Assembly: GCA_003526375.1 (NCBI GenBank)
Contig: DPDG01000084.1
Span: 369-64,368, forward strand
Direction: 5' to 3'
Length of the DNA: 64,000 nucleotides
Source of the DNA: Lentisphaeria bacterium
Lineage (GTDB): Bacteria > Verrucomicrobiota > Lentisphaeria > Victivallales > UBA1829
Part shown: piece after piece, positions 10,414 to 21,164 of the stretch
Numbering within the stretch: the stretch's first letter is position 1
Layout: the number at the start of each line of letters is the position of its first letter
The notes under the pieces: generated by a model
Databases searched by the model: none
What the model saw: the letters and a program-made list of their open reading frames with translations, nothing else
What the model was told of the DNA's origin: nothing
Made by a program: the position numbers and the translations under genes

Positions 10414-10574
10414 CCCGGACAGTTTGTTTGGGTTATCCTCCGGCGATTTATGCTGCCGGAGGATGGATTCTCCGGTATTGCAGGGAATGACTTGGTTTCA
10501 TTATTGAATCCGGAACAGGCAGGGGAGGGGGCTGAGACTGCCTGTTCATACGGAAAAACAGTTTGCGTTGTTTT

Positions 10575-12962
10575 TTACTTTTGCAATTCCGTTCTTGTCG
10601 CTTTACTCATTCCCAGCAAAGTCAGTCCGGCAATCCTTCCGCCCGGCAGGACTTTTATCTGTAACTTTGCTTTGCCCGTATTTACTGGTGTTTCCACGGC
10701 AAAAACAAAGTTCGTCATGGAGTCGGGAGAAACATTCCATATTTTCCATCCGTTTTGTGATGTCCTGTTGTGATAAAACATATCTCCTCCTGTCAAACGG
10801 AATTTGTTTTTTCCAAGCGAGAACTCTATCACCACAGGATCTTTCAGAAAATTTCCACGCCGTTTTTCGACAGGGAGCGGCATCCAGAAAAACAGTATGG
10901 CTTTCTCAGGCAGAGCCAGTGAGACTGTTTTGGTTTCGATCTTTTCCGGAAGTTCATAAAAGGTGATTCTGCGTCCCGGTCGTAAGGATTGCATGAAATC
11001 GGCAGGATGAGCCTCCCGTTCCATCAGGACATGATGGGATGAAACGACATATCCCTGATCCGGGATCGCCATATTGCCGCCTTGCTGTTCTGCGGCACTG
11101 AAAGAGAAACGTCCTGCCTGCAGGATTCCGTTTCTGACCGGAAATTCATGACCGAAGCGATTGGTTCCGGTTGTTTTCCCCTGTTTGCAGGTGTAAATGG
11201 AGAATCCTTTCCGGCGTACCGGAGGGTTGACGCGGTACCGCCCCAGCGGGACATATTCCATGGAATCTTCCGGCACCATGATGATATGGGGATTTGTCCC
11301 GGCAAGCAACTCCTGTTCCGGTATTTTCCGCAGTGGTTTCGACAAACCGAAATAGACGGGGGCAGACAGTTTTCCGGTAAGATAACAGATGTTGTTCTGC
11401 GGTTTTGAAAAGCATTTTTCGAATCGGCTTTTCAGGAAATCCGGGATGGGTATGTCTGTCACGCCCGGAAGCATTTCGGGCTGTCGGCTGAAAGCATAGT
11501 TTCCCAGAGCGAAAAGGCGGTTGGAACATGCCTGATGGAAATGATGAGTTCTTTCGACAGCAGGTTTGGGATTCCAGAAATATTCCGCATTCAGGACGAG
11601 CCCGGTTTCATTTCCCCTTAGTCCGAACAGACCGGAACAAACCTTGGTGATTCCCATCCTGTCTGTGAGTTGAGTCAGTCTGCGGACGTTGTCGGGATTT
11701 GTCCAGAAAGTTACGCAGATGTCATGCCCGGACTTTCTGATTTTCTCCAGAAGCGGGTATTTCAGACTTGGAATATAACTCCAATATTCAATGAGGACCT
11801 CTGGATCGATTTTATCAATGATATCCCGGCTCCCATTGGCTTCCTCATAATATAATTCTCCTTTACGATAGCATTTCTGAGATGCAAGCATGTCATGGTA
11901 GATAGTGGTTCTGATATTCTTTTTCAGAAGAAATCGGGCTGTTTTATTGACAAATTCAGGATAGAAATCCTCATATTTTCTTCCCATCTTCTGTTCCAGC
12001 AGGGAAAGCCCCCGGTGAAATTCATCCGTTCCTATGCTGCAATATTCAGGATGTTTGAAAAGTGAGCAGTATTCATCCAGATAGTCAAACCACAGCTTAT
12101 AAAAATCCGGGTGGGAAAGATCCATGATCAGTTCATCAAAATGAACCATTTTTCCCCGGTAAAAAGATTTTCCGCCTATCACAGGAAGTCTGGGAGCGGC
12201 TTTGACATGCCCGATACTGTTTGTTGCCGGCAATGCTCTCAATCCGCGATCTTCGGCATATTGAATCAATGCCTGTACCGATTTGACCGGCCATGCCGGA
12301 TGCCGGGTGAATTCCGGATGTCTCCGGCTTTCCCATCGTCCTCCGAAAGCAAGCCATACATGATTATATCCCAGTTTTGCCGCAATATCCAGTTCTCTGC
12401 GGATTTGCGCTTCCTGTTCAGCGGAATAGGGTCTTCCCAAATTGGTGTTGAATGTTACGGCACGGAACGGAAAATGCGGTGCATCTGTGATGGTAAGTAC
12501 CGGGAGGTGAATCGTCCCGTTTCCGTCTCTTGAGACCGGCGGCAGCGCTATAATGCAGAGCAGCCTTCCAATGGCCCGGAACATGCCGGACCTGTTTGCC
12601 GCCTTCAGAATGATATTCCGTTCCGCATCAATCGCAAGTGTATAGGCCTCCGGGTTGGAGGGAAGTTCCGAAGCGGGACATTTCTTCAATACCAGACGGA
12701 AATCCCCGTTATTTCTTTTCTGTGTAAAAACTGCATTCAAAGCCCATTGAAATTCCCTTTTTAAGAAATCGGCGGTTCCTGCGGAGATTCCCCAGTTGTC
12801 CTCAAAATAAATATGAGCAGTGCCGGAAACGAACTTTTCCGATTGTGTATATTCGCGAGGCAGCGGCAGAAGATATGGCTGAACCGCATTTTGCACGTCG
12901 GACGCCGTTGAAGCCAGTTGGAACAGCAATGCCGCTGCCCAAAAGATCAGATGCTTTTTCAT
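10575..12962 (-). CDS. secreted glycoside hydrolase, GH20-like
   Basis: ATG at 12962 with a GGAGG RBS and signal peptide [30 protein letters not shown]...KLGYNHVWL...SIGTDEFH resembles the GH20 catalytic-domain layout. Confidence 0.6.
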   Translation of the reverse strand: MKKHLIFWAAALLFQLASTASDVQNAVQPYLLPLPREYTQSEKFVSGTAHIYFEDNWGISAGTADFLKREFQWALNAVFTQKRNNGDFRLVLKKCPASELPSNPEAYTLAIDAERNIILKAANRSGMFRAIGRLLCIIALPPVSRDGNGTIHLPVLTITDAPHFPFRAVTFNTNLGRPYSAEQEAQIRRELDIAAKLGYNHVWLAFGGRWESRRHPEFTRHPAWPVKSVQALIQYAEDRGLRALPATNSIGHVKAAPRLPVIGGKSFYRGKMVHFDELIMDLSHPDFYKLWFDYLDEYCSLFKHPEYCSIGTDEFHRGLSLLEQKMGRKYEDFYPEFVNKTARFLLKKNIRTTIYHDMLASQKCYRKGELYYEEANGSRDIIDKIDPEVLIEYWSYIPSLKYPLLEKIRKSGHDICVTFWTNPDNVRRLTQLTDRMGITKVCSGLFGLRGNETGLVLNAEYFWNPKPAVERTHHFHQACSNRLFALGNYAFSRQPEMLPGVTDIPIPDFLKSRFEKCFSKPQNNICYLTGKLSAPVYFGLSKPLRKIPEQELLAGTNPHIIMVPEDSMEYVPLGRYRVNPPVRRKGFSIYTCKQGKTTGTNRFGHEFPVRNGILQAGRFSFSAAEQQGGNMAIPDQGYVVSSHHVLMEREAHPADFMQSLRPGRRITFYELPEKIETKTVSLALPEKAILFFWMPLPVEKRRGNFLKDPVVIEFSLGKNKFRLTGGDMFYHNRTSQNGWKIWNVSPDSMTNFVFAVETPVNTGKAKLQIKVLPGGRIAGLTLLGMSKATRTELQK

Positions 12963-13735
12963 TTCAGAGACCTCCCGGTATTCCGCAGGAACCCATACCA
13001 TAATGCGTTTGAGGCTGTGCCATTGTCAGGAATTGATTTATCCCGCAGGGCAAGCAATTCTGCATAGCTCATTTGCGAGGTATTTCCGCCGACATGAAGA
13101 ATGTTGGTTCGTCCTGATAGCGTTGGCTGGATGGTAGATCCGTCATAGCGGTTCCGGGGATCTCCTTTCCCATGGCGATAGGAGAATTGCGCAATTTTGA
13201 AACATCCCGTTCCGTTTGTGATACCGCTGTCTCCGACCAGCAATGTTTGAGAGGGATTTTTCACCATGGCTGTTTTCCGTGCGTAAGTATATTTTTCATC
13301 TGTTTGAAGTGCATGCCCGGTAAGACAGCGGTTGATGATATAATGCGTTGTAGTGTAAGAGGTTTCTTTGGCATTACCGAAGTTGAGAGGTTCTCCCGGA
13401 CAGGAAAAGCTGTCACTGTTTTGTCTTGAGACATCCGCATTGCCGTTTGCAAGGACAAAGTGCCGGAGTCCGCCATAACCTTGCCCGTCATCAGCTCCGC
13501 CGAGGATTCGGAACCAATAACTTGCGGTATCAGCCGCTTGCCGTTCCGGAATGATCCAGTCTTCAAAGTCCATGGAATACATTGCAATGCCTTTGCCGAT
13601 CTGGGATAGTTTATTGATGCAGGAAATGCTGTATGCCTTTTGCTGTGCCTGTCGCAGGACGGGCAGCAGCATTGCTGCCAGAATAGCAATAATGGAAATC
13701 ACGATGAGGAGCTCGATCAGGGTAAAAATTCTTAT
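12959..13735 (-). CDS. prepilin-type N-terminal cleavage/methylation (DUF1559-like) protein, start codon unresolved
   Basis: (K)[25 protein letters not shown] class-III signal. No ATG/GTG/TTG lies near it. The codon where a start is expected is ATA (13733-13735) with AGGG upstream. The stop overlaps the downstream ATG (ATGA). Confidence 0.55.
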   Translation of the reverse strand: MRIFTLIELLIVISIIAILAAMLLPVLRQAQQKAYSISCINKLSQIGKGIAMYSMDFEDWIIPERQAADTASYWFRILGGADDGQGYGGLRHFVLANGNADVSRQNSDSFSCPGEPLNFGNAKETSYTTTHYIINRCLTGHALQTDEKYTYARKTAMVKNPSQTLLVGDSGITNGTGCFKIAQFSYRHGKGDPRNRYDGSTIQPTLSGRTNILHVGGNTSQMSYAELLALRDKSIPDNGTASNALWYGFLRNTGRSLK

Positions 13736-13791
13736 TTTTACCCTGCGAAGTAAGAATCTCGAACAGAGAACAGGGAAGTAAGAAGTAGAAA

Positions 13792-13834
13792 AACAATTGA
13801 ACAATCGAACATTAGAACAATTCAACAATTGAAT
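13792..13834. repeat. tandem octamer repeat (AACAATNN, about 5 units, period 8)
   Basis: Read directly: AACAATTG AACAATCG AACATTAG AACAATTC AACAATTG, in the gap between the BNR gene and the pilin-like gene. Confidence 0.7.
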
Positions 13835-13974
13835 GAAGAAAGGAAAAACAAGGCAGGGGGTGAATTGACGCTGCCGGGACGAAACATCCTGTTTACAACT
13901 TTTCCTCATAAAGAACTTGATCCTTGTAAAAAAATTATTCTTCACTTTCATAACTGCTGTTTTTCTCCTTTCGT

Positions 13975-15096
13975 TTACAACTGAAGCATGGCGCACAAAG
14001 TGTCGCCATGATATTCTTGAAAATAACGTTCCTCACCGACTGTGACGATCGCACGCCGTTCATCTAATTTTGCGGGGTGGAAATTTCCCATTCCAGCAGC
14101 TTTGTCTCCTTCAGGGATCATGGGAAAGACAATCTGTTCACTGCTGCGGACCAGATTGAAATCATCATTGACTTCCGCAATATAAAGCGGAGCGCGGAAA
14201 CGCCAGATATGGCTGTTGGTTCCGGCGTTGCGGGTATAGATCAGAAAAAGCCGTCCGCCAAGCTCCAGGAAATGCTGTTGAGTGGTGGAGGTTTCAAGAA
14301 TATTTCCATCGTCAAAGCTCCATGGCGTAAGCTTTTGCCATGTCAATCCATCTTCGCTTTCCGCACGATAACCACAGCCGTCTTCCGCTCTCATTGTCAG
14401 GAGACAACGGTCTTTCCACCGGATAATCGAAGGTTCCAGCAAGCCCCGGCGGAATGGAAGGTGCAATGTATTTCCCCGGCGGATACAGGTGAGCTCTTTT
14501 CCGTCATAATGAAATAATGCGGAGAAAACATTACGTTCGCGGATGCCGGATTTGCCGCAGGTAAAGGGGATCAGCGCTTCATCCTCTCCCTGGAACAGCC
14601 TTTGAGAGCTGCCGCAGGAATAGATCATGCAATTTTCGCATTCCGGAATTTCCAGCTTTTTCCGGGTTATGATCCATTTGCCTTCGGAGTCCTGTATGCC
14701 CCAGACCGGAAACCGGTTCAACTGTGGGCCGGTGTTTGCACTCCAATCTCCGAGAGAATCGAAAAGCGCGCCGTCCTTGTAATAGACATTATGTCCGATG
14801 GCCAGTATCGTTCGGGTCGGGGCATGGTATTCCGGGACGACGTCGCATATTCCTTCGTGTATTCCGTTGCCGAGCGGTTTCCATTGACAGCCCGGAACCG
14901 GCTCGGGATTGCTCCAGCTGTGTCCGCCGTCAAAGGAAACGCTCTGGTGCAGAGGTCCGTAAAAATCACTGCCCCCGATTCTTTGCAGGGTCATGAATAT
15001 ATGCCCGGGATTGTCCGTAACGCATGCGCGGGGATGGAACCAACTGATTTGATCACCGGAGCGGTTTGACCAGATTATTTTTGATGAAATGTTCAT
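13975..15096 (-). CDS. BNR/Asp-box (sialidase-like) glycoside hydrolase
   Basis: 373 aa. Asp-box SFDGGHSW. Beta-propeller-like repeat character. Confidence 0.55.
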   Translation of the reverse strand: MNISSKIIWSNRSGDQISWFHPRACVTDNPGHIFMTLQRIGGSDFYGPLHQSVSFDGGHSWSNPEPVPGCQWKPLGNGIHEGICDVVPEYHAPTRTILAIGHNVYYKDGALFDSLGDWSANTGPQLNRFPVWGIQDSEGKWIITRKKLEIPECENCMIYSCGSSQRLFQGEDEALIPFTCGKSGIRERNVFSALFHYDGKELTCIRRGNTLHLPFRRGLLEPSIIRWKDRCLLTMRAEDGCGYRAESEDGLTWQKLTPWSFDDGNILETSTTQQHFLELGGRLFLIYTRNAGTNSHIWRFRAPLYIAEVNDDFNLVRSSEQIVFPMIPEGDKAAGMGNFHPAKLDERRAIVTVGEERYFQEYHGDTLCAMLQL

Positions 15097-15207
15097 ACTG
15101 CCTCTTTATTTTTTATGTATAATTATAATGCAATTTTTCTTTCCGGCAAGGGTTGAAATGTATCATTTCTTATACTAATGTATCATTACGATGGAAGGAG
15201 TGATTCA

Positions 15208-16038
15208 ATGAACCGGCAAATGCCATTGGAAGATGCAAGGGAATTTTTGACGGAATTCAGTTTTCCGCAATCCCCTGAACTGTTGATGACACTGAATTCT
15301 CCGGCGAAAGCCGGCATACACGGAATTCCCCGTTTGAATCTTCTGTTGCACGGGCAAGTCGATTTTCTCAATTTTGACGGGAAAAATATCATGAAAACTC
15401 CTCTTCATGCTCCGGGAATCTACTATTGTGCGGCCGGCGGCTATCAGTGGATGGCTTTGCCGGAACAGGAACGGGAAAGCGTCTCCTTTTGTTACTTCGG
15501 CTCTTATATCAGAATTGTTTTTGTAAAACGGTCGGGGGAGAAATCCTGTTGCCATACCGATGTCCCTCTTTCGGAAGGCGGCTTTATGCTGATACATGCC
15601 ATTGAGAAGCTGTATGAGGAGAAAGCCCCGGCTGCAATCCTGACTGCACTTTTCCGCCGGCTTTTTGAAGTGACGGTACACGCTGTCAATACGGCATCTG
15701 ATGCCCCGAATTCCAGAGTCAACTGGCGCTGGATGATGATCAATGACTACTTGCGGGAACATCGCGGCGAGAAATTTTCCAGAGAGGATGTCGCTGAGCA
15801 CTTCCAGCTTTCCCCCGGAACCATTTCACGCCTGGTGAAAGAAAACTCCGGCATGGAATACTGCAAATTGCAGATGAAATACAGATTGGAATTCGCTTGC
15901 GAACTGTTACGTTGTTCCATGCTTACTTCAGAGGAAATTGCAGACCGTTGCGGCTTCAATTATGCCAGTTATTTTCACCGCAGTTTCAAAAAAGCAATTG
16001 GCAAAACTCCGGCTCAATGGAGAAAAGAAGCAAAATAG
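15208..16038 (+). CDS. AraC family transcriptional regulator
   Basis: ATG at 15208 with a GGAAGGAG RBS. C-terminal AraC HTH (SEEIADRCGFNYASYFHRSFKKAIGKTPAQWRK). Divergent from the glycan cluster. Confidence 0.85.
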   Translation: MNRQMPLEDAREFLTEFSFPQSPELLMTLNSPAKAGIHGIPRLNLLLHGQVDFLNFDGKNIMKTPLHAPGIYYCAAGGYQWMALPEQERESVSFCYFGSYIRIVFVKRSGEKSCCHTDVPLSEGGFMLIHAIEKLYEEKAPAAILTALFRRLFEVTVHAVNTASDAPNSRVNWRWMMINDYLREHRGEKFSREDVAEHFQLSPGTISRLVKENSGMEYCKLQMKYRLEFACELLRCSMLTSEEIADRCGFNYASYFHRSFKKAIGKTPAQWRKEAK

Positions 16039-16348
16039 TCCGTTGCTGCCGGGGAAGATGATTACGGAAAACGGGACTTTTTTCCTGTTGTCCTGTTCCG
16101 TTCTCTGCTGCTGATTCAGAATTCCGGAGACCGCTTTGTTTTCCTGTTTTTTCATATTTTTCCAACTGCTTTCCAATCAAGATAAAACATATCGTTATTC
16201 TTTTCACAATGATGTCGGCATATGTCTTCTGCAAGCGGCTTTTTTCTCGAAAAATTGACGCTTTTTTATTTGTAAAAGGATTCACAGCAGGGTATATTAT
16301 CCGGATTTATATTTCCGGAACAAAAACCAATACTCAATGGAGGTAAAA

Positions 16349-18190
16349 ATGGTTAAGAATCTGAATGCGGCCCCGAACCATCCGAAGATGGTGGCATGGG
16401 TCAACGAGTGGGCCGAGCTCTGCGAGCCGGACGCCATCTACTGGTGTGACGGTACGAACACAGAGTATTACGGGCTCTGCGATGAAATGGTCAAATCCGG
16501 TCTTGCGACCCGCCTGAACAGCAAACTGCGTCCCGACTGCGTTCTCTTCCGAAGCGATCCGTCCGACGTGGCGCGTGTCGAAGCCCGTACTTTCATTGCT
16601 TCCGAGAAGGAAGAAGATGCAGGCCCCACAAATCACTGGATTGATCCCAAGAAACTCAAAGCCGAGATGACGGCTCTCTACAAAGGCTGCATGCATGGCA
16701 GAACCATGTATGTCATCCCGTTCTCCATGGGACCTGTCGGTTCCAATATCGCCAAGATCGGCGTTGAGATCACGGACTCCGCTTACGTTGTGATCAACAT
16801 GCATGTCATGACCCGCGTCGGCAATGCGGTTCTTGACGTTCTCGGTACGGACGGCGAGTTCGTTCCCTGCATTCACTCTGTCGGCAAGCCGCTTGAAAAC
16901 GGCGCGAAAGACAACGGCGTCTGGCCGTGTGCTCCGATGGAACACAAATACATTGCCCAGTTCCCCGAAACCAGAGAAATCTGGTCATACGGTTCCGGAT
17001 ACGGCGGAAACGCCATCCTCGGCAAGAAGTGCCTTGCTCTCCGTATTGCTTCCGTCCAGGCGCGCGATGAAGGCTGGATGGCGGAACACATGCTCATCCT
17101 CAAGCTCACCAATCCGGAAGGCAAAGTCAAATATGTTACCGGCGCTTTCCCGTCCGCCTGCGGAAAGACCAACCTTGCCATGCTCATTCCGACAATTCCC
17201 GGCTGGAAAGTCGAGACCATCGGCGACGATATCTCCTGGATGAAGTTCGGCAAAGACGGCAGACTTTATGCGATCAATCCTGAAAACGGATTCTTCGGTG
17301 TCGCGCCCGGAACCTCCATGAAGTCCAACAAGAACGCGATGCTTTCCTGCGCAAAGGAAACCATTTTCACAAACTGCGCCCTGCGTCCCAACGGCGATAT
17401 CTGGTGGGAAGGCATGGACGTCGAGCTCGAACCCGGCGAGAAACTGATCGACTGGAAGGGCAATGTCTGGGAAATGGGGCAGACCGATGCCGAAGGCAAA
17501 CCGGTCAAGGCCGCTCATCCGAACGCCCGTTTCTCCGCCCGCGCCAAGAACTGCCCGGCTATTGCTCCCAACTGGGAAGACCCTGCCGGCGTTCCGATTG
17601 ACGCATTCCTCTTCGGCGGACGCCGTCCGTCCACCCTGCCTCTCGTTTACCAGGCTCTCTCCTGGGAACACGGCGTGATGATCGGTTCCTCCGTCGGCTC
17701 CGAAGTGACCGCTGCCGCTCTTGATGTCAAGGCGGGCACCGTCCGCCGCGACCCGTTTGCGATGCTTCCGTTCTGCGGCTACAACATGGGTGACTACTTC
17801 AAGCATTGGCTCGATATCGGCAAGGTTGCCGGGGCGAAACTGCCGAAGATCTTCTGCGTGAACTGGTTCCGCAAGACTGCCGACGGCAAATGGCTTTGGC
17901 CCGGATTCGGCGATAACAGCCGCGTTCTCAAATGGGTCTTCGAGCGTTGCGACGGTGAAGGCAAGGCAGTCGAAACCCCGATCGGTTATATGCCGACCGT
18001 GGATGCGATTGACCGCACCGGCATCGAAAACGAAGTGACGGAAGCCGATATGAAAGAGCTTCTCTCCTTCGACAGGGAAGGCTGGCTCAAAGAACTTGAA
18101 ATGATCAAAGAACATTACAAGAAATTCGACAGACTTCCGAAAGAGCTCACCGCTCAGTTGGAGGCTCTGGAAGCCAGACTTGCAAAATAA
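16349..18190 (+). CDS. pckG: phosphoenolpyruvate carboxykinase (GTP)
   Basis: ATG at 16349 with a GGAGG RBS (alternative start 16337). [24 protein letters not shown] and WFRK motifs. Confidence 0.95.
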   Translation: MVKNLNAAPNHPKMVAWVNEWAELCEPDAIYWCDGTNTEYYGLCDEMVKSGLATRLNSKLRPDCVLFRSDPSDVARVEARTFIASEKEEDAGPTNHWIDPKKLKAEMTALYKGCMHGRTMYVIPFSMGPVGSNIAKIGVEITDSAYVVINMHVMTRVGNAVLDVLGTDGEFVPCIHSVGKPLENGAKDNGVWPCAPMEHKYIAQFPETREIWSYGSGYGGNAILGKKCLALRIASVQARDEGWMAEHMLILKLTNPEGKVKYVTGAFPSACGKTNLAMLIPTIPGWKVETIGDDISWMKFGKDGRLYAINPENGFFGVAPGTSMKSNKNAMLSCAKETIFTNCALRPNGDIWWEGMDVELEPGEKLIDWKGNVWEMGQTDAEGKPVKAAHPNARFSARAKNCPAIAPNWEDPAGVPIDAFLFGGRRPSTLPLVYQALSWEHGVMIGSSVGSEVTAAALDVKAGTVRRDPFAMLPFCGYNMGDYFKHWLDIGKVAGAKLPKIFCVNWFRKTADGKWLWPGFGDNSRVLKWVFERCDGEGKAVETPIGYMPTVDAIDRTGIENEVTEADMKELLSFDREGWLKELEMIKEHYKKFDRLPKELTAQLEALEARLAK

Positions 18191-18212
18191 CTTTGCTGGT
18201 TGACTGAATAAA

Positions 18213-18244
18213 GGAAGCCGGGTTGTTCCGGCTTCCTGTTTTTT
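18213..18244 (+). terminator. intrinsic terminator after pckG
   Basis: GGAAGCCGG-gttgtt-CCGGCTTCC followed by tgtttttt. Confidence 0.8.
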
Positions 18245-18268
18245 CACTGAAAAAAATATAGATATCGT

Positions 18269-19048
18269 ATGCGCCCAGAGATCAACGTTCTTGAGTTGGA
18301 GTCGGTTGATTCCACCAACACTTATGCCAAAAATAATTTTGATGAACTGCCGGACGGCACTCTTGTCGTCGCCGAGGAACAGACAGCCGGGCGCGGCAGG
18401 CTGGAACGCAAATGGATTTCCCCTGCCGGAAAAAATATTTATGCGTCGCTGGTGATGAAGAATATCACAAATCCGTTTTATGCGACGATTGTTTCTTCTC
18501 TTGCCGTTCTTGATCTGCTTGGAAACACGGAGCCGCGGATAGAGTTTTTCATCAAATGGCCGAATGATATTTATACCGCCGACCGGAAGATTTCCGGAAT
18601 TCTCTGTGAATATACGGTGGGGACGGGCGGTGTGAAAGGTGTGATTGCCGGAGTCGGCATCAACATCAATCTGGATCGTGCGGAGATTCGTGCCATTGAC
18701 CAGCCCGCGGCATCGCTGAAATATCTGACCGGACGCGATTATAATGTAAAAAAATTGGTTGAAGAACTGGCATATAGCCTGAAACGGTATTATATTATAT
18801 ACTCCAATTCCCCGGAAGAACTTTTTGCCGAATGGAAACAGCGTAATTTTGTAATCGGCAGAAGGATTGAAGTGGTGGATGCCGCAGGTTCGGTGAAGCG
18901 TGTATTTGTAAAGGATATTGCAGGAAACGGGGAGTTGCTTGCCGAAATGAACGGTTCTCTGTTCCGCTTCAGTTGCGGTGATGTCCGCATCACGAGGGAG
19001 TCGCTGGATTTTCAGCGGCTTGATGTGAGCCGTGGCGTTTTTTCTTGA
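18269..19048 (+). CDS. birA: biotin-[acetyl-CoA-carboxylase] ligase
   Basis: 259 aa. QTAGRGRLERKW signature. Confidence 0.9.
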   Translation: MRPEINVLELESVDSTNTYAKNNFDELPDGTLVVAEEQTAGRGRLERKWISPAGKNIYASLVMKNITNPFYATIVSSLAVLDLLGNTEPRIEFFIKWPNDIYTADRKISGILCEYTVGTGGVKGVIAGVGININLDRAEIRAIDQPAASLKYLTGRDYNVKKLVEELAYSLKRYYIIYSNSPEELFAEWKQRNFVIGRRIEVVDAAGSVKRVFVKDIAGNGELLAEMNGSLFRFSCGDVRITRESLDFQRLDVSRGVFS

Positions 19049-19101
19049 AATCAAAAGTATTCATAATATAGAAACCCAAAACAACATAAAGAGACAGCAA
19101 A

Positions 19102-19326
19102 ATGGAACTGATTCTTGATGGAGTGAAGCTGATGGTCATCGGCATGTTGACGGTGTTCGTCTTCCTGCTGATCATGATTTTCTGCATGAACCTGATGGCG
19201 AAGATTCTGGCGCCCCTGGCCGCAAAATTCGAGAAGCCGCAGGAAAAACCTGCCGCCGCACGCAATGACGACGACGCGCTCCGCGCCGCCGCTGCCGCCG
19301 CCGCATTCAATGCCAATTCAAAATAA
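19102..19326 (+). CDS. oadG: oxaloacetate decarboxylase gamma subunit-like
   Basis: 74 aa with a single N-terminal TM helix and an Ala-rich tail. It sits directly upstream of oadA. Confidence 0.7.
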   Translation: MELILDGVKLMVIGMLTVFVFLLIMIFCMNLMAKILAPLAAKFEKPQEKPAAARNDDDALRAAAAAAAFNANSK

Positions 19327-19362
19327 TATCAAATAAACAGTTTATAGAAAGAAAGCTAGAGT

Positions 19363-21156
19363 ATGAAAAAGATCAATTACATGGATTGCTCTTTCCGTGA
19401 CGGATTCCAGTCCTGTCTCGGCGCACGCGTGAAAACAGAGGATTTCCTTCCCGCCCTCAAGGCGGCAAAAGAAGCCGGAACCACCTATTTCGAGATCGGC
19501 GGCGGCGCCCGTTTCCAGTCTCTCTATTTCTATTGCCAGGAAGATGCATTCGATATGATGGACAAATGCCGCGAAGTGGTCGGCAGCGACATCAATCTCC
19601 AGACTCTCGCCCGCGGTGTGAACGTGGTCGGGCTCAGCTCCCAGTCCCGTGACATCATCAACCTGCATGCCGTCCTTTTCAAGAAACACGGCATCACCAC
19701 GATCCGCAACTTCGACGCCTTGAATGACGTCCGCAATCTTTCCTACTCCGGCCGCTGCATTGCCAATGCCGGACTCAAACATCAGGTCACTGTTACTCTG
19801 ATGGGACTTCCTCCGGGACTTGACAACGGTTATCCGCACAGCCCCGCATTCTACATCGACAGACTCAAAGAGATCCTCAAGGACGGTGTTCCGTTCGATT
19901 CTCTGGCGTTCAAGGATGCTTCCGGGACGACGACTCCGCAGACGGTTTATGAAACCATCAAGGAAGCCCGCAAGATTCTTCCTTCCGAGGTCAGAATTCA
20001 GTTCCATACCCATGACACCGCCGGTATGGCGATCTCCTGCAACATGGCTGCGATCGAAGCCGGCGCGGATACCATCGACCTTGCCATGGCTCCGCTTTCC
20101 GGCGGCACATGCGAAGCCGACATCCTGGTGATGTGGCAGAAACTCCGCGGCACGGATTACACGCTTGACATTGATCCCGAAAAGATCATGAAGGCCGAAG
20201 ATGTCTTCACCGAGTGCATGGAAAAATATTTTATTCCGCCGGAATCCATGCAGGTCAGCCCGAAAATCATCTTCTCGCCGATGCCCGGCGGCGCTCTTAC
20301 CGCAAATACGCAGATGATGCGCGACAACAACTGCCTCGACAAATACGACGCCTGCATCGAAGCGATGCGCGAAGTCGTTGCCAAAGGCGGATTCGGAACC
20401 AGCGTCACGCCGGTTTCCCAGTTCTATTTCCAGCAGTCCTTTGCCAATGTCATGCAGGGCAAATGGAAAAAGATTTCCGACGGTTACGGCAAAATGGTGC
20501 TCGGTTACTTCGGCAAGACTCCTGCGGAGCCCGATCCGGAAATCGTGAAGATCGCTTCCGAACAGCTCGGTCTTCAGCCGACCACCGAGAACGTGATGGA
20601 TATCAATGACCGCAATCCCAAGCTGGGCATCGAAGCTCAGAAAAAGATTCTGAACGAAAACAATCTCCCGGTGACGGATGAGAATATTTTCATTCTCGCG
20701 GCGTGCGGCGAGAAAGGTCTTGCATATCTCAAGGGCGACAAACCCATGGGAATCCGTTACAAGGAAGAGAAAAAGGCTGCAAAGAAGGACGGCGGTCCCG
20801 CCGCTTATACCGTTACAGCCGGAGGCAAGACTTTCAATGTGCAGGTCAACGGCAGCAAGGTGACAGTCGACGGCAAGCCTTTCGACGTCAATGTTGCGAC
20901 AGGAGCCGCCGCGGCTGCCCCGAAAGCATCTTCCGGTGCGGCTTTTGAAGTGACCTCCCCGATTCCCGGAACCGTTACCAAGATCATTGCTCCGGAAGGT
21001 TCCAGTGTGGCTGCCGGAGATACGGTCGTCATCATCGAAGCGATGAAGATGGAAACCGAGATCAAGACGGAAAAAGCCGGACGTGTTTCCAAGATTCTCG
21101 TGAATGTCAAAGACGTTGTAACAGCCGATCAGGCAGTCGCTCTGGTCGAGGAGTAA
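19363..21156 (+). CDS. oadA: oxaloacetate decarboxylase alpha subunit (carboxyltransferase + biotinyl domain)
   Basis: 597 aa. [10 protein letters not shown] at the N-terminus and biotin attachment [10 protein letters not shown] at the C-terminus. Confidence 0.9.
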   Translation: MKKINYMDCSFRDGFQSCLGARVKTEDFLPALKAAKEAGTTYFEIGGGARFQSLYFYCQEDAFDMMDKCREVVGSDINLQTLARGVNVVGLSSQSRDIINLHAVLFKKHGITTIRNFDALNDVRNLSYSGRCIANAGLKHQVTVTLMGLPPGLDNGYPHSPAFYIDRLKEILKDGVPFDSLAFKDASGTTTPQTVYETIKEARKILPSEVRIQFHTHDTAGMAISCNMAAIEAGADTIDLAMAPLSGGTCEADILVMWQKLRGTDYTLDIDPEKIMKAEDVFTECMEKYFIPPESMQVSPKIIFSPMPGGALTANTQMMRDNNCLDKYDACIEAMREVVAKGGFGTSVTPVSQFYFQQSFANVMQGKWKKISDGYGKMVLGYFGKTPAEPDPEIVKIASEQLGLQPTTENVMDINDRNPKLGIEAQKKILNENNLPVTDENIFILAACGEKGLAYLKGDKPMGIRYKEEKKAAKKDGGPAAYTVTAGGKTFNVQVNGSKVTVDGKPFDVNVATGAAAAAPKASSGAAFEVTSPIPGTVTKIIAPEGSSVAAGDTVVIIEAMKMETEIKTEKAGRVSKILVNVKDVVTADQAVALVEE

Positions 21157-21164
21157 TTCTGAAC

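Noticed and set aside
10436-10465. 10-bp stem hairpin ATCCTCCGGC...GCCGGAGGAT between convergent genes, considered as a terminator
   Set aside because: No T-run follows on either strand and the loop is 10 nt. It was not called. The same applies to the hairpin CCGAAGCCT...AGGCTTCGG at 39056-39079.
13736-13996. N-terminal extension of the pilin-like ORF up to the track start at 13996
   Set aside because: It would place 87 residues, including a translated tandem repeat, before a class-III signal peptide that must be near the N-terminus. It would also overlap the 3' end of the BNR gene.
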